Source: Malacoraja senta (lineage: Eukaryota). From it: DNA of 64,000 bases. The DNA is taken from NCBI GenBank assembly GCA_038087875.1, contig CM075982.1:19096001-19160000 (forward strand), in the 5' to 3' direction. The position numbers and the translations under genes were made by a program. Positions 49,878-62,031 of the stretch are shown one piece after another (the first letter of the stretch is position 1; every line of letters begins with the position of its first letter). Below the pieces are notes generated by a model, which was not told the origin of the DNA, made no database searches, and worked only from the letters and a program-made list of their open reading frames with translations.

Positions 49878-50647
49878 ACTATAAGAGAACAACTATAAGA
49901 GAGTTGATTGATGTGGGGAGAGAGCAAGAAAGTGGTGTTACGAATCAGAATGGTTTAACAGTGATCTGATTGAATGACGATGCAGGCTGAAGGGGCCTAT
50001 TGGTTTACTGTTCTGGTTCTGTTCTTTATGAGCAGTTGGGAGGAAAAGTAATTTATGGCAGTGAGATCTAGAAATGTAAAATAAAAATGGGCACAGCTTA
50101 AGTCATTGAGATTAACAGCAGCAAATGAGGTTTAATGCGAGATCGCCAACGTGATTTGGGGGAAAACGATAACATTTTCTTAAAGGTCCAGGATTTGGAG
50201 TTAAGAAAGAATAAAGATATTTGAGTATACAACATGCACAGAAGCATTAAGAATTGGAGTATGGGTCATCATGAAGGCTATTGCAACGATGGGCTTTATT
50301 ATTTGCGGTGTGCATGCATTCATTTTGGGAACCTAGTAAAAGATTTATTGGCCTTAGCAACTAGACTATGCACATTTACAGGGCTCAAAAGATTACATTT
50401 GTTTTGTTACTGCTTGGAATTCAGAATGATGAGTGATATAATTGTAATATTCAAAATGATGAAGACTGCAGGAAGTCTGCCCCCATCCCTTGCAGATAAT
50501 GAGAGCTTGGTGTAGATTTACTGCAATTAAGGTAATTGAGAGCAACTATCAAGCAATTGATAGCTTGAGGAACTGCAGCGCTGACAAGAACATACTGTGC
50601 AGGGTAGTTTGTAATCTGTCTTTAATTTCTGCTTTACGTTGCCATAG

Positions 50648-50838
50648 ACCCCAGAGAATGTCTTTAAGAAGATCTTGTTTGGAGCCTTACAGGAGGACAT
50701 GTCCTCTGCTTTCAGCACCCCAGCGCAGCTACATTTGCTCCTGGTGGCTCTCCAACGCTTCCCAAAAGTTCTGAAACCTCAGAATCTGAAAAAGTTGCTT
50801 GGATCCTCTGCTATTTTGTCATCGGAAAATGTTCCCAA
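50648..50838 (+). CDS. MYBBP1A: MYBBP1A coding exon 6 (TPENVFKKILFGALQEDMSSAFSTPAQLHLLLVALQRFP…ENVP)
   Basis: catag acceptor, AA|GTGAGT donor; 191 nt open, ends in phase 2. Confidence 0.92.
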
Positions 50839-51097
50839 GTGAGTTCTTCATATATTTTAACAATAATGAAAGATAAAGTTAATGGAAATTTCGGGCAGAT
50901 ATGGGAAAGGGCAGGAGCTGAAATAATCAGTTGTTATCTTTCATAGTCTTGCCAACTCAAATTCCAAGGCATTCGCTGATGGATTACGATCAGGCCACAA
51001 TACATTACATGACATTTATGGGCCACTCAATTCAGCTGGGTCCCACTGTAATTAATGCTGCTTGCAAGGAATCTTTACCCTTAATTAGTATGATTTT

Positions 51098-52950
51098 ACA
51101 TAGAAACATAGAAAATAGGTGCAGGAGTAGGCCATTTGGCCCTTCGAGCCTGCACCGCCATTCAATATGATCATGGCTGATCATCCAACTCAGTATCCCG
51201 TACCTGCCTTCTCTCCATACCCCCTGATCCCTTTAGCCACAAGGGCCACATCTAACTCCCTCTTAAATATAGCCAATGAACTGGCCTCAACTACCTTCTA
51301 TGGCAGAGAGTTCCAGAGATTCACCACTCTCTGTGTGAAAAAGGTTTTTCCCATCTCGGTCCTAAAGGATTTCCCCTCTATCCTTAAGCTGTGACCCCTT
51401 GTCCTGGACTTCCCCAACATCGGGAACAATCTTCCTGCATCTAACCTGTCCAACCCCTTGAGAACTTTGTAAGTTTCTATAAGATCCCCCCTCAATCTCC
51501 TAAATTCTAGTGAGTACAAGCCGAGTCTTTCTTCATATGAAAGTCCTGACATCCCAGGAATCAGTCTGGTGAACCTTCTCTGCACTCCCTCTATGGCAAT
51601 AATGTCCTTCCTCAGATTTGGAGACCAAAACTGTACGCAATACTCCAGGTGTGGTCTCACCAACACCCTGTACAACTGCAGTAGAACCTCCCTGCTCCTA
51701 TACTCAAATCCTTTTGCTATGAATGCTAACATACCATTCGCTTTCTTCACTGCCTGCTGCACCTGCATTCCTACTTTCAATGACTGGTGTACCATGACAC
51801 CCAGGTCTCGTTGCATCTCCCCTTTTCCTAATCGGCCACCATTTAGATAATAGACTGCTTTCCTGATTTTGCCACCAAAGTGGATAACCTCACATTTATC
51901 CACATTATACTGCATCTGCCATGCATTTGCCCACTCACCCAGCCTATCCAAGTCACCTTGCAGCCTCCTAGCATCCTTCTCACAGCTAACACTGCCCCCC
52001 AGCTTAGTGTCCTCCGCAAACTTGGAGATGTTGCATTCAATTCCCTCGTCCAAATCATTAATATATATTGTAAATAGCTGGGGTCCCAGCACTGAGCCTT
52101 GCGGTACCCCACTAGTCACTGCCTGCCATTCTGAAAAGGACCCGTTTACTCCTACTCTTTGCTTCCTGTTTGCCAGCCAGTACTCTATCCACATCAATAC
52201 TGAACCCCCAATACCGTGTGCTTTAAGTTTGTATCCTAATCTCTTATGTGGGACCTTGTCGAAAGCCTTCTGAAAGTCCAGATATAACACATCCACTGGT
52301 TCTCCCCTATCCACTCTACTAGTTACATCCTCGAAAAATTCTATAAGATTCGTCAGACATGATTTACCTTTCGTAAATCCATGCTGACTTTGTCCAATGA
52401 TTTCACCACTTTTCAAATGTGCTGCTATCCCATCTTTAACAACTGACTCTAGCAGTTTCCCCATTACCGATGTTAGACTAACTGGTCTGTAATTCCCCGT
52501 TTTCTCTCTCCCTCCCTTTTTAAAAAGTGGGGTTACATTAGCTACCCTCCAATCCTCAGAAACCACTCCAGAATCTAAAGAGTTTTGAAAAATTATCACT
52601 AATGCATCCACTATTTCTGGAGCTACTTCCTTAAGTACTCTGGGATGCAGCCTATCTGGCCCTGGGGATTTATCGGCCTTTAATCCATTCAATTTACCTA
52701 ACACCACTTCCCGGCTCACCTGGAATTCACTCAGTTCCTCCATCCCCTTTGACCCGCGGTCCCCTGCTATTTCCGGCAGATTATTTATGTCTTCCTTAGT
52801 GAAAACGGAACCAAAGTACTTATTCAATTGCTCCGCCATGTCCTTGTTCCCCATGATCAATTCACCTGTTTCTGACTGCAAGGGACCTACATTTGTTTTA
52901 ACTAATCTCTTTCTCTTCACATATCTATAAAAACTTTTGCAGTCAGTTTT
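51098..52950 (-). mobile_element. Young 5'-truncated CR1/HER1 LINE with 540-aa RT ORF, in MYBBP1A intron 6 (antisense)
   Basis: KSPGPD, NYRPVSLTS, QHGF, YLDFQKAFDKV, GVPQGSVLGP; catalytic FADD changed to FAED; 3' UTR with (ttctatgt)n tail at ~51100. Confidence 0.97.
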
Positions 52951-53129
52951 AATGTTTTAATTTACTTTTTTAGTGTAGTCCCCCTGCAGTGTAGGAAATC
53001 TTACCAACCATTTATGTATAGCTAACACCCATAAACAGCAATGTTGCAATCACCAGATTTTCTGTATTTATTTTTATTGAAAAATAAATAATGACCTAAC
53101 CTTAGCAATAGTGTCATGATAAAAAAACA

Positions 53130-54300
53130 AGGGTGGATGCAAGCCAATGTGTCCCTCTAGCCTGCTTCACCATTCAATATCATGGCTCTCCTATTTCAGA
53201 TTGTTTCACCCTATCTTCAGTTTCCTTATTCCTTTAGTCCCTCAGAAATCTGTCGATTAGAATTGGATGTACTTGTATTGAAATCATCCACAACTTTCTG
53301 AATGGGGAAAAATTACAACTCCAGTCAAAAGTCATAAATCATTTAACCAGAGACTGTGATTCCTGTCCAATGGACTCTCAGTATCTACCCTGTTAAGCCC
53401 TCCCAAAATTAATATTTCATTGAAATGTGGTTAGTTTATTTATTTTCATTTATTCCAACTCTGTTTTCCACGCGACAGCCAGTTTTCAATCACGTCAACA
53501 AATTTCTTCCAATGTCTTGAGTTCTAAATATATGCACCAGCCTCTTAAGTGGCAGCCCTGAAATGCCTTTTGAAAATGTTAATGCATATACAAGTTACCT
53601 TTTAGATTTGATTAGTTTATCGTCATATACATGAGGATGCAATGACATTTTTTGTCCACATGAAGCTCGCAGAGTAAATCGTATACATACTGTAATGATA
53701 AATGTGACAATAAATATAATGGCAAGTGCAAAACAGCAAGATTGTGGTGGAAAAGAATATTTAAATAGAAGAATGGAATAACCGAATGAAAGTTTTGAGT
53801 AAATATGTGACAATGCCCTCTTTCCATATACCCCAAAAATTCAATCATCTAAAACACATTTACCGTTTATAAAGCATTTTGATGAGGCTTGATGATATTC
53901 AGCTTCCTAAATGTTTCCTCTAAGATTATTGTCTAGCATCTTGCCAACAACAGATATCGAACTAACTGGTCTGTAGTTCCTTGCCTTATTCCTCTTTCAA
54001 ACAAGGGAGTCACATTGCCTGTTTTCCAATTTACTGATACTCTTCCATAATTCAGCACGTTCTGTGAAATTTTAACCGATAGTTCCATTCTCTCGGTGGG
54101 CATTTCCTTTAAAACCTTTGGTTGTAGACTATTTGTCATGCCATTAGCTCATCCATTTGTCCATGTTTATACCTGTGAGTTTTTCCTCTACTTTTGCGAT
54201 CTAAAAACTTTTTACAAGTTCCTCCCTGATATTTTATATTATAATGTCTGTTATTTTGTGGAAATATTGCAGTGTCCTCCACAGTGCAGACTGATGGAAA
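53130..54300 (-). mobile_element. Old degenerate CR1 fragments
   Basis: Minus-strand ORF LQPKVLKE…NWKTGNVTPLFERG; decayed 3' tail near 53140-53250. Confidence 0.65.
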
Positions 54301-54687
54301 AAATTGAGTTAATGGAAAACAAAGAGATGGCAGATATGTTATATGTCACTGGCCGTACTATCTTGTGGTCTTGTAACTACCCTAGCCATTGCCTTCCTTT
54401 TATTTATCTTTTAATTTTTGTTTTTCTTAATCAATTTTCTCCCTCCTGAGTTTTTATAAATTTCTGTTTTTTTGCTTTTAAATCTTCCCTTAATCCTCAC
54501 TGTTCCATGGAAAGCAAAGACATCACCGCTAATCTCTACACCAAGCCCACAGTCATACTATCTGTGTGTCTCTTTAGATCTTTGCACCTGTTCATCCGAG
54601 GGTGTACTTCTCAAAACTAGTGGCAATAATGCTCAAATCTGTCTGCGTTGGTTCCATATTTTACACCAACCTTTTCTTTTGGTGCAG

Positions 54688-54855
54688 GTTAATTGAGTTG
54701 CTGAAAGTTGCTGCTAGGTCTGTGAAGAAAGATCAAACTCTGCCACCGCTTGCTCTGGATCTGGTGCGTGTTACCTTACAGGAGGGTACATTTGAAATGT
54801 TCTGGAAGGACGTGGTGGAAAATGGCTTGCTCAAAGAGCCCTCTGGGCCCACCAG
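54688..54855 (+). CDS. MYBBP1A: MYBBP1A coding exon 7 (LIELLKVAARSVKKDQTLPPLALDLVR…FWKDVVENGLLKEPSGPT)
   Basis: Conserved SVKK and FWxxVVExGLL; tgcag acceptor, AG|GTATGT donor; 168 nt. Confidence 0.95.
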
Positions 54856-56440
54856 GTATGTTATATCAATGATATAGCATTGATGTGCAGCCAAAATGGC
54901 TGCAGCTGTCAAAGGAGATATTTGCATTAACCTTGCACCTGTTGTGAACTACACTTCTCGACGGTTTTAGGCATTTAAATACTTTTGAAGTGCAATCAAT
55001 GTTGTAATTTAGGAAAGGCAAGATAATTTCTACACAGTTATCTCCATTATCACAATCTTTTGTATGACACCATAAATCTCTCCTGCCTTCCCCCCTACTT
55101 GAGACGTTTCCTTTTTTTTTTCCTTCCACATAGTGATAGTCATAGAGTCATACAGCATGGAAACGTGCCCTGCCGCCCAACTTGTCTAAGCTGAACCACG
55201 TACCTTCCTGAGCTTGTCTCATTTGCCTGCATTTGGTCCATATTACTCTAAATCTTTTCTATCCAACTTGCCCAAATGTCTCTTAAACTTTGCACTTGCC
55301 TCCACTACTTCACCTCGCAGCTTGTTGCATATTACCCACAGTCCTCTGTGCGAAAAGCTTGCCACTCAGGTCCCTATTAAATCTTTTGCCTTTCACTTTA
55401 ACTTTGTGTTCACTAGTTTTAGACTCCTTTAGCGACTATTTAAAAAATCAAGTTTTCTAACATGAATGTAATTTAGTTTAATATACTTTTGTGTAAAAGT
55501 TCCCATACGCCAGACTGTATACAGTTGATGCAAAACGCACAGGTTTGTAGATCACAAAAGCTGCAGAAGGCCGCTAACTGATGCCCAGTTCTCTATTTAA
55601 CCACTTACTTTTCGGGGACCTAAAGAGAACCAATTTTATGGGTCGAAGGTCAGTGTATTGCCTCAAATGGCACAGAGGCATTTGTGCTAGGTTCAATTCC
55701 TCCATAAATTAAAATATTGTATTTTCAATGAATAGCACCAGATATTCATCACAAAAGCAAAGATGTGCACCTCGGAACACTGCTTTACAGCGCATCCATG
55801 AGGTTTTCACTTTCAAACTCGACTATTCCAGCTCTCATCTAACCAGCACATTTCCTCCCAATAGCAATATACTTGAACTCTTTTGCCTACATCCCAACGT
55901 GCATGAAGTCCTGTTCATGCATTGCCCTGTTCTCATTGAACAAAGCTAGTTAACAATCTGGCAACAGCTCAATATGAAAATTCTTACCCTTTCTGGTTAG
56001 TTCCCTTGGTCTCACATCACCCATGTCTGTAACCCATTCCATTCCTATAATTTTGTAGACATCTGGAGACATGAGGAACTGCAGATGCCGGAATCTTGCG
56101 TAATGCGTAAACTGCTGGAATAACTCAGAGGGTCAGGCGGCATCTGGAGGGAATGGATCTTTTGCGATCTGTTTGATTCTTGAATATTGGCCTGTTGCAT
56201 ACCCAGTTTTAACTACTGCATCAGTTGGCCTTTCTCCTGCTATCAAGGCTCTCAGTATTGATTATCTGCTTTAACAGTATATTTTGCAGCTGCTGTTAAA
56301 CGTCGCAGTTCTTTGGCGATTTCCTTTGAACAGAAATTATTTTGTTTTGTGTTTCAGTCCTGCTGTTCAATTGATTTGTTAGATCTCAATGTAACAAAGC
56401 TATGTTCCCTTTGTAATCTCTTATATTCTCTTTTAATCAG

Positions 56441-56558
56441 CTACTTTTGTTTCCGGTTACTTGGTGGCTCGTTGCCGTTGCTAAGTCTGTCGCAGCTCAA
56501 CCTTGTTCTCACAGGAGAAGTGATGAGGCACTATGGGGACCATGTGGTAATAGCTCAG
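56441..56558 (+). CDS. MYBBP1A: MYBBP1A coding exon 8 (SYFCFRLLGGSLPLLSLSQLNLVLTGEVMRHYGDHVVIAQ)
   Basis: Conserved YxCFRLLG…RHYGxHV; aatcag acceptor, CAG|GTATAG donor; 118 nt. Confidence 0.95.
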
Positions 56559-56805
56559 GTATAGTCTTCTCTGTTATGATTAGCATCAGAATTTTTGATT
56601 TTCTGCAGCATCTCTCCATTTCTAGACTAATATTGTGGATGCAATTGAATATTGTAATAAATAAGAAGAGTGGCTCCTCTTGAACAGCATTATGTAAGGC
56701 AGGGAGGTGATCCTGCTATTTCAGGCACTTCGGATATTTTTGGTCCACTCGCGTTTAAAAACAGAGACATGTAGAGATATTTGATACTTTCAGAGTAGCT
56801 GTAGA

Positions 56806-57770
56806 CAGCCAGGAGTTCAGGTAGGTCCAGGCAGACTGAGCGAAGGTATTCAGCAAAACGATCGGCAAAACCAAACGTAGACTGGGCGATCGTTTCGCAG
56901 AACACCTTCGCTCAGTCCACCTGGACCCACCACATCTCCCAGTTGCCAAACACTTTAATTCCCCTTCCCATCCCCACACTGACCTTTCTGTCCTAGGCTG
57001 CCTCCATTGTCAGGGTGAGGCTAAACACAAATTGGAGGAACAGCATCTCATATTTTGCTTGGGCAGCTTACCACCCAGTGGTATGAATATTGATTTCTCT
57101 AACTTCAAGCAACCCCTGCATTCCCTCTCTCTCCATCCCTCCCCCACCCAAGTCGCACCAGCTTCTCGTTCTCACCTAGCATGGGTGAAGCTCAACAGAC
57201 TTCGTACTGGAGTTAGGCGTTTCAATGCCAGCATGTGGAGATGGGGGCTCCGCCAGAGCCCAGCCTGTGAATGCGGAGCAGAACACCAGACAGACAGCCA
57301 TGTCATCTCTGGGTGCCCGCTCTACTACCCACCAAATGGAGCTCAGGGCCTGGCAGACATTGACGCAGAGACAACAACCTGGCTGCTCAACACCCGGCTT
57401 GAGATCTAACTATTCCTTTGGTTTATGTTTCATTCGCAAGATGGTCTAGCAAACAGCTAACATTGGCCTATATAATTTATCATTGTTACTTTTTTGCATA
57501 TCTTTCATTCATTTGTACTATATCTCTCTCTACATCACCGTTTACATCTCTCATTTTCCTTTTCCCTGACTAGTCTGAAGAAGGTTCTAGATCTGAAACG
57601 TCACCCATTCCTTCTCTCCAGAGGTGCTGCCTGTCCCACTGAATTACTCCAGCATTTTGTGTTTGTCATCTATCCATGTTCTCCAGATATGTTGCCTCAT
57701 TCGTTGAGTTACTCCAACACTTTGTGTCTTTTATTAATATAAACCAGCATCTGCAGTTCCTTGTTTCCAA
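56806..57770 (+). mobile_element. Penelope-like element 3' portion: GIY-YIG endonuclease C-terminus plus pLTR with hammerhead core, preceded by a short inverted copy
   Basis: TKRRLGDRFAEHLRSV…PVAKHFNSPSH…KLEEQHLIFCLGSLPPSGMNIDFSNFK; CTGAAGA…GAAACGTC at 57575-57602. Confidence 0.85.
57182..57445 (+). mobile_element. 5'-truncated Vingi/Ingi-like (I-group) LINE 3' end nested in the Penelope element
   Basis: WVKLNRLRTGV…WG…CECG…QT..H…CP zinc-knuckle C-terminus; TSD CTAGCA at 57176-57181 and 57446-57451. Confidence 0.75.
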
Positions 57771-58433
57771 AATAAGTTTGGGAGTGGGGATACTTTTAAT
57801 ATTCTTACAGACTGGACAAATTAGTTGGGTAGTCTAGAAGTAAGTGGACTGAACAAAGAAAAGGCTACTTTAGAGTTTGTATTGCATTATAAAATAGGAT
57901 TTATTTGTAATTTAATTGTAAAGAGTAGGCTCTGGGAAAGGGTGATTATAATATATAATTTAAAGTGTTATTGAGTGTAAGAGTGACATTCTGAGTGAAA
58001 CCTGGTTTTTAAACTTAAAACTCGTTAATGAGGTCTCAACAACAAATAAATGTATTTGAGAAGCTAGACTCAAAAGATAACAATAATTGAGTGATAAAGT
58101 CTATTTAAGAAATATTTGAAAATTATCAACAAAGTTGCATTAGGTTGAGAAATAAAAGTTTTGTCAGGTGTTTTCCATCCAAAATAATTTAAGGGTTAAA
58201 AGAAACTTAGAAGGTTTTGGGGAAGTGTGGTTATCCAGAGGATGTGGAGTTAGTTAGGACACAATAACAGGAATGGATAACCCAGAAATTGGTAAAAGGG
58301 AAATACTGTATGGTGAACGTGAATAAACTAGCAAAACATGGACAAACGGAGTTTCTATATTCGGGAAAAAAATATATATTTTTTATAGGTGATATAGGAA
58401 AATATGTGATGGGGAACAAGTAAATGGCCAAAG

Positions 58434-58752
58434 ATAGACACAAACGCTGGAGTAACTCAGTGGGCATGGCAGCATCTCTGCAGAAAAAGAATAAGTGACA
58501 TTTCGAGTCGAGACTCTTCTTCAGACTGAGAGTCAGGGGAAATGGAAATGAGAGATATCGACGGTGATGTAGGGAGATTTAGAACAAATGAATGAAAGAT
58601 ATGCAAAAAAGACTGACTCTCAGTGTGAAGAAGGGTCTCGACCCAAAACGTCACCTATTCCTTTTCTCCAGAGAGCCTGTCTGGCCCGCTGAGTTACTCC
58701 TGCTTTTTGTGTCCATCTTCGGTTTAAAACGCCATCTGCAATTCCTTCCTGC
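58434..58752. mobile_element. Penelope-derived non-autonomous element made of two inverted pLTR ends, each with a hammerhead-like core
   Basis: ~100-bp inverted arms; 18-bp TSD ACAAGTAAATGGCCAAAG at 58416-58433 and 58753-58770. Confidence 0.85.
58497..58524 (-). ncRNA. Hammerhead-like core with a covarying stem II
   Basis: CUGAAGA-A-GAGUC(UC)GACUC-GAAAU-GUC, versus GGGUC/GACCC in other copies. Confidence 0.5.
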
Positions 58753-60101
58753 ACAAGTAAATGGCCAAAGCGTTTCCTTTTCATGTGCAGTGAAAATTCC
58801 AGTTAACAGAACTAAGAACCCAATGATGTTTTATTGTGCAATAAAAAAGACAATAAAATACATAAATTTGAACCTAAAATATAAACTTTTGAAATATAGA
58901 GCACATAAAATGTTTGGTTTATTTTAAACTATTAATGTTATTACAGTTTATATACATAAAATTACATTTTTAGGGTTAGTGTTGTATGATGGTACATCCA
59001 ACTAATCCTTGAATCTTTCTGACTTGGTGGCACAAAGAATGGTCAGTACATCATCTCTACGACCTAAACTACAACTGGGCACATCTCAAACCACCTTCAA
59101 CCTGGACAGGGTCACTCTCCTTAAATCATTGGGGCCTTTGCAGGGCAGCACATGCTAAATAGGCAGTGCAAACTAAAAATTCTCTTGAACTTCCTGTGCC
59201 AAAGTGCATAATCTTCAAGGTATTTTCCAAAGAGAACACTTAGTAGCTACCTGAAATTGTTGGCAGGTTTTCTTATTTCCATCTGCTACGCTGGTGAAGT
59301 CTGGAAAGCAGAGCACCCTGTGAAGGATTTTGGACTGTGTGGATTCAGAATTCTATTATAGTTCAGAATAGTTGTCAGTTTTATTCTGTTGCAATGGCAA
59401 ATTCTGGCTGTCAGATCCTTGATCATTGATTGTTGATAACAGCCTTAAAATCAAAGGCAATTAATAAAGTAAAGTCTAATGGGTCCACAGAGGCACAAAA
59501 ATGCTTTTAATGTTCATTCAGGTTTTGCCTTGTGGTATATATGGCTCATCTTTGGCTGCACATCCATGATTGGGTTTTGTTCCAAGCAGAATGAGGATCG
59601 TTTGACCACTTAGTGGCTGCACATTGTGGTACAACTGTTAGCTTGGTTAATCTGTGTGTTGTACTTAACTGCCCACATGGGCTGTTGTTGATCTAACTAG
59701 CGTGATCTGAACCAATTGACACAAATCAGACACAACCCCAGGAGGCTATCATGCTCCAACATTGTAGCAGCTTGTATTAACTGAGCTTATGATTCTTGTA
59801 CTGTTTTTGTGAGCTGCGTTGAATCTTCAAACACTGCTCCTTAAAATCTACTTCTTTCGCCAAGCTATTAAGCACCAGTCCTGTGTGGATGATATGTAAT
59901 TCCCTGGGGCATTGTTTGAAAGGGAATTAATTTAAAGATTAAAAAATTACTAGTGATTTTTAGATTTTGTAGCTTTGATTTGATGATGTAGAGCACAGTT
60001 CTAGTTCAGTGATGGTGGATTTACTTTGGTTGCTGTGGGAGAGGGGTGTTTATTATGGGGAACTTGTTCACCAACTGAAGATGATTTAATATATTTTTCA
60101 G

Positions 60102-60391
60102 CTCCCAAAAAGGTTCAGATTTGGACCTGAAATGACGAACTTCGTTGATTCATTCCTTGAAAGCACCCAGGATGAGGCAAAACAATTCATGGTGATAAAA
60201 GGTTTCTCGAGCCTCACTAACTATGGCCACCCCGTAATTCCCAGCTACTGGAAAGTAATCTGTCGTTTGCAGTCCTCAGTTTTGTTGAAGTACGTCGATT
60301 GGTTGAAAAACATGTTCATCAGCCCAGATTTCGACATTTGCACAGAATTCAGCACCAAGCGGCAGAAAGAGAACAAGCAGGCAATTGACAG
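60102..60391 (+). CDS. MYBBP1A: MYBBP1A coding exon 9 (LPKRFRFGPEMTNFVDSFLES…LTNYGHPVIPSYWKV…YVDWLKNMFISPD…FSTKRQKENKQAID)
   Basis: tttttcag acceptor, AG|GTGAGT donor; 290 nt open; conserved YVxWLxxMF. Confidence 0.95.
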
Positions 60392-61920
60392 GTGAGTTGC
60401 TTGGAACAATTTTGGCGAACTGCATTGTTATGCCACTATGAAGCAAAAGATGGCATTAGATGGGCAGGGAACACCATCTGAATGCACGTGATCCATGAAT
60501 AAGAAAACAATTTCAATTTCATTTTGCAGTTTGTACATTGTCTAATAAGGGGTAAGATCCAATGACAGATATCTGAAGAGTTTATTAATTTTTACAGTGT
60601 ACTATTTGTTTACATATTCTGTTGTGCTGCAGCAAGTAAGAATTTCATTGTTCTATCTGGAACATATGACAATAAAACACTCTTGACTCTTAACTTTGAG
60701 CCTCTTTAGAAACTTAAAATCCTCAAAACATTAAGGACATTGGTTTGAGTATTTTTAAATAATCCATGTTAGGACTAAGACTAGGAACAGAAAGATCCCA
60801 TTTGAAGGCTCCAAGCTGTATTTTACTTCATCTCTATCACATTCTAATTGAAACATCTGAAAATTTTTGTGCATTTGTAACTCTGACCAAGGGATATTTT
60901 TGTTGCATCAGAAACAAGCAATTTCAATGAGGGTCGATTTAACGTAAAAGTTTAGTTACAGTATCAGAATGCCCCATGTCCAATGGCTAGTTTTGATAGC
61001 CTTAAGATGTCAGTGGATGGTGAATATAGTTTACAAGTATCGAAAGAAGATATTACCATGTCAGTTTCCAAAGCAAATCTCCCACGCTGAAGCAGTAGTC
61101 GTGTTCCTAACAGACAGTGGTGTCTGTTTGACTACTGTTTGAGGTTACATGTAAACGTTTTTTGTTTTGATGTCTGACGTCTTATGAATTAACTAGCAGT
61201 TACCCTTATTCAATAATTCCTGAAGATGTTTGTATTTCTGTAACTAGCTTTTCTATCTTGAAAAATTATTTAAAACATTTCTGGGGGGGAATTTCTGAAA
61301 AGCTGGATTTCTACAAGTCGGGTCTTCCGTAACCTGGGGAGCTCCTGTAACGGGTTTACATGTTCTATTTGGATACATGCTGACTTGCACGTTTTCAGCA
61401 ACTCCTGTTTGACAAGATAGGGATAGTGATTGTGTTGTGAAGACTATAAAGGAAGACAGGACACAGGGTGAGTTTTGGAAGTGCAGAGCATGATAATCTT
61501 TGAGCAAATAGGTGAAATTTGACGAATGAAAGAGCAGAAAGACAGTGAAAATTTCATCCTGTTTACTCCATTTTCTTTTTTCCACTGGTTTCAACCGTGA
61601 AGAGAGATTTCCTAAATTTGGTTATTTGCACCACCAAGATCTAATTTCGTAATTCTGGTGGCTAGATTAGAATTCATCAGAGAAAATGTAAATTATAGTG
61701 TTAATCTGGGTCTGGGTAGAATTTGGGATGGGTGGAAGGGATGGCAGAGTTGGGAGATACCTTGACTGTCCACTATCATGTTGTTTGGTGTCCTATGAGG
61801 TTACTCCCAGATAGCCAACAAGTACAGAATCGGTCTATCTTTAGGCAATTGGGGAAGAGTTTTGGAATGAAGAACCATGATGAGACTGTTCACACTGACT
61901 TTGTACATGGTGTTTTGCAG

Positions 61921-62031
61921 AGCTCAGCACTCAGTGATGCGACTGAGGTCATGGATTGTCGCCCGTCTGATCTCGATTGTAGACAATTATCAAGTGAAGA
62001 AAGAGGAGGATCTGGTGATGGATATTGCCAG
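61921..62031 (+). CDS. MYBBP1A: MYBBP1A coding exon 10 (AQHSVMRLRSWIVARLISIVDNYQVKKEEDLVMDIA)
   Basis: Conserved RLRxWIxxRLxSIVD; ttttgcag acceptor, AG|GTGAGT donor; 111 nt. Confidence 0.95.

Noticed and set aside
57032-57409. 125-aa ORF as a novel nuclease/zinc-finger gene
   Set aside because: Starts at TTG, is a chance in-frame junction of two truncated TEs, and lacks the GIY-YIG catalytic N-terminus
59980-60080. Possible box C/D snoRNA (TGATGA…CTGA) in MYBBP1A intron 8
   Set aside because: No terminal stem, box D only ~23 nt from the acceptor, and no recognisable rRNA antisense element
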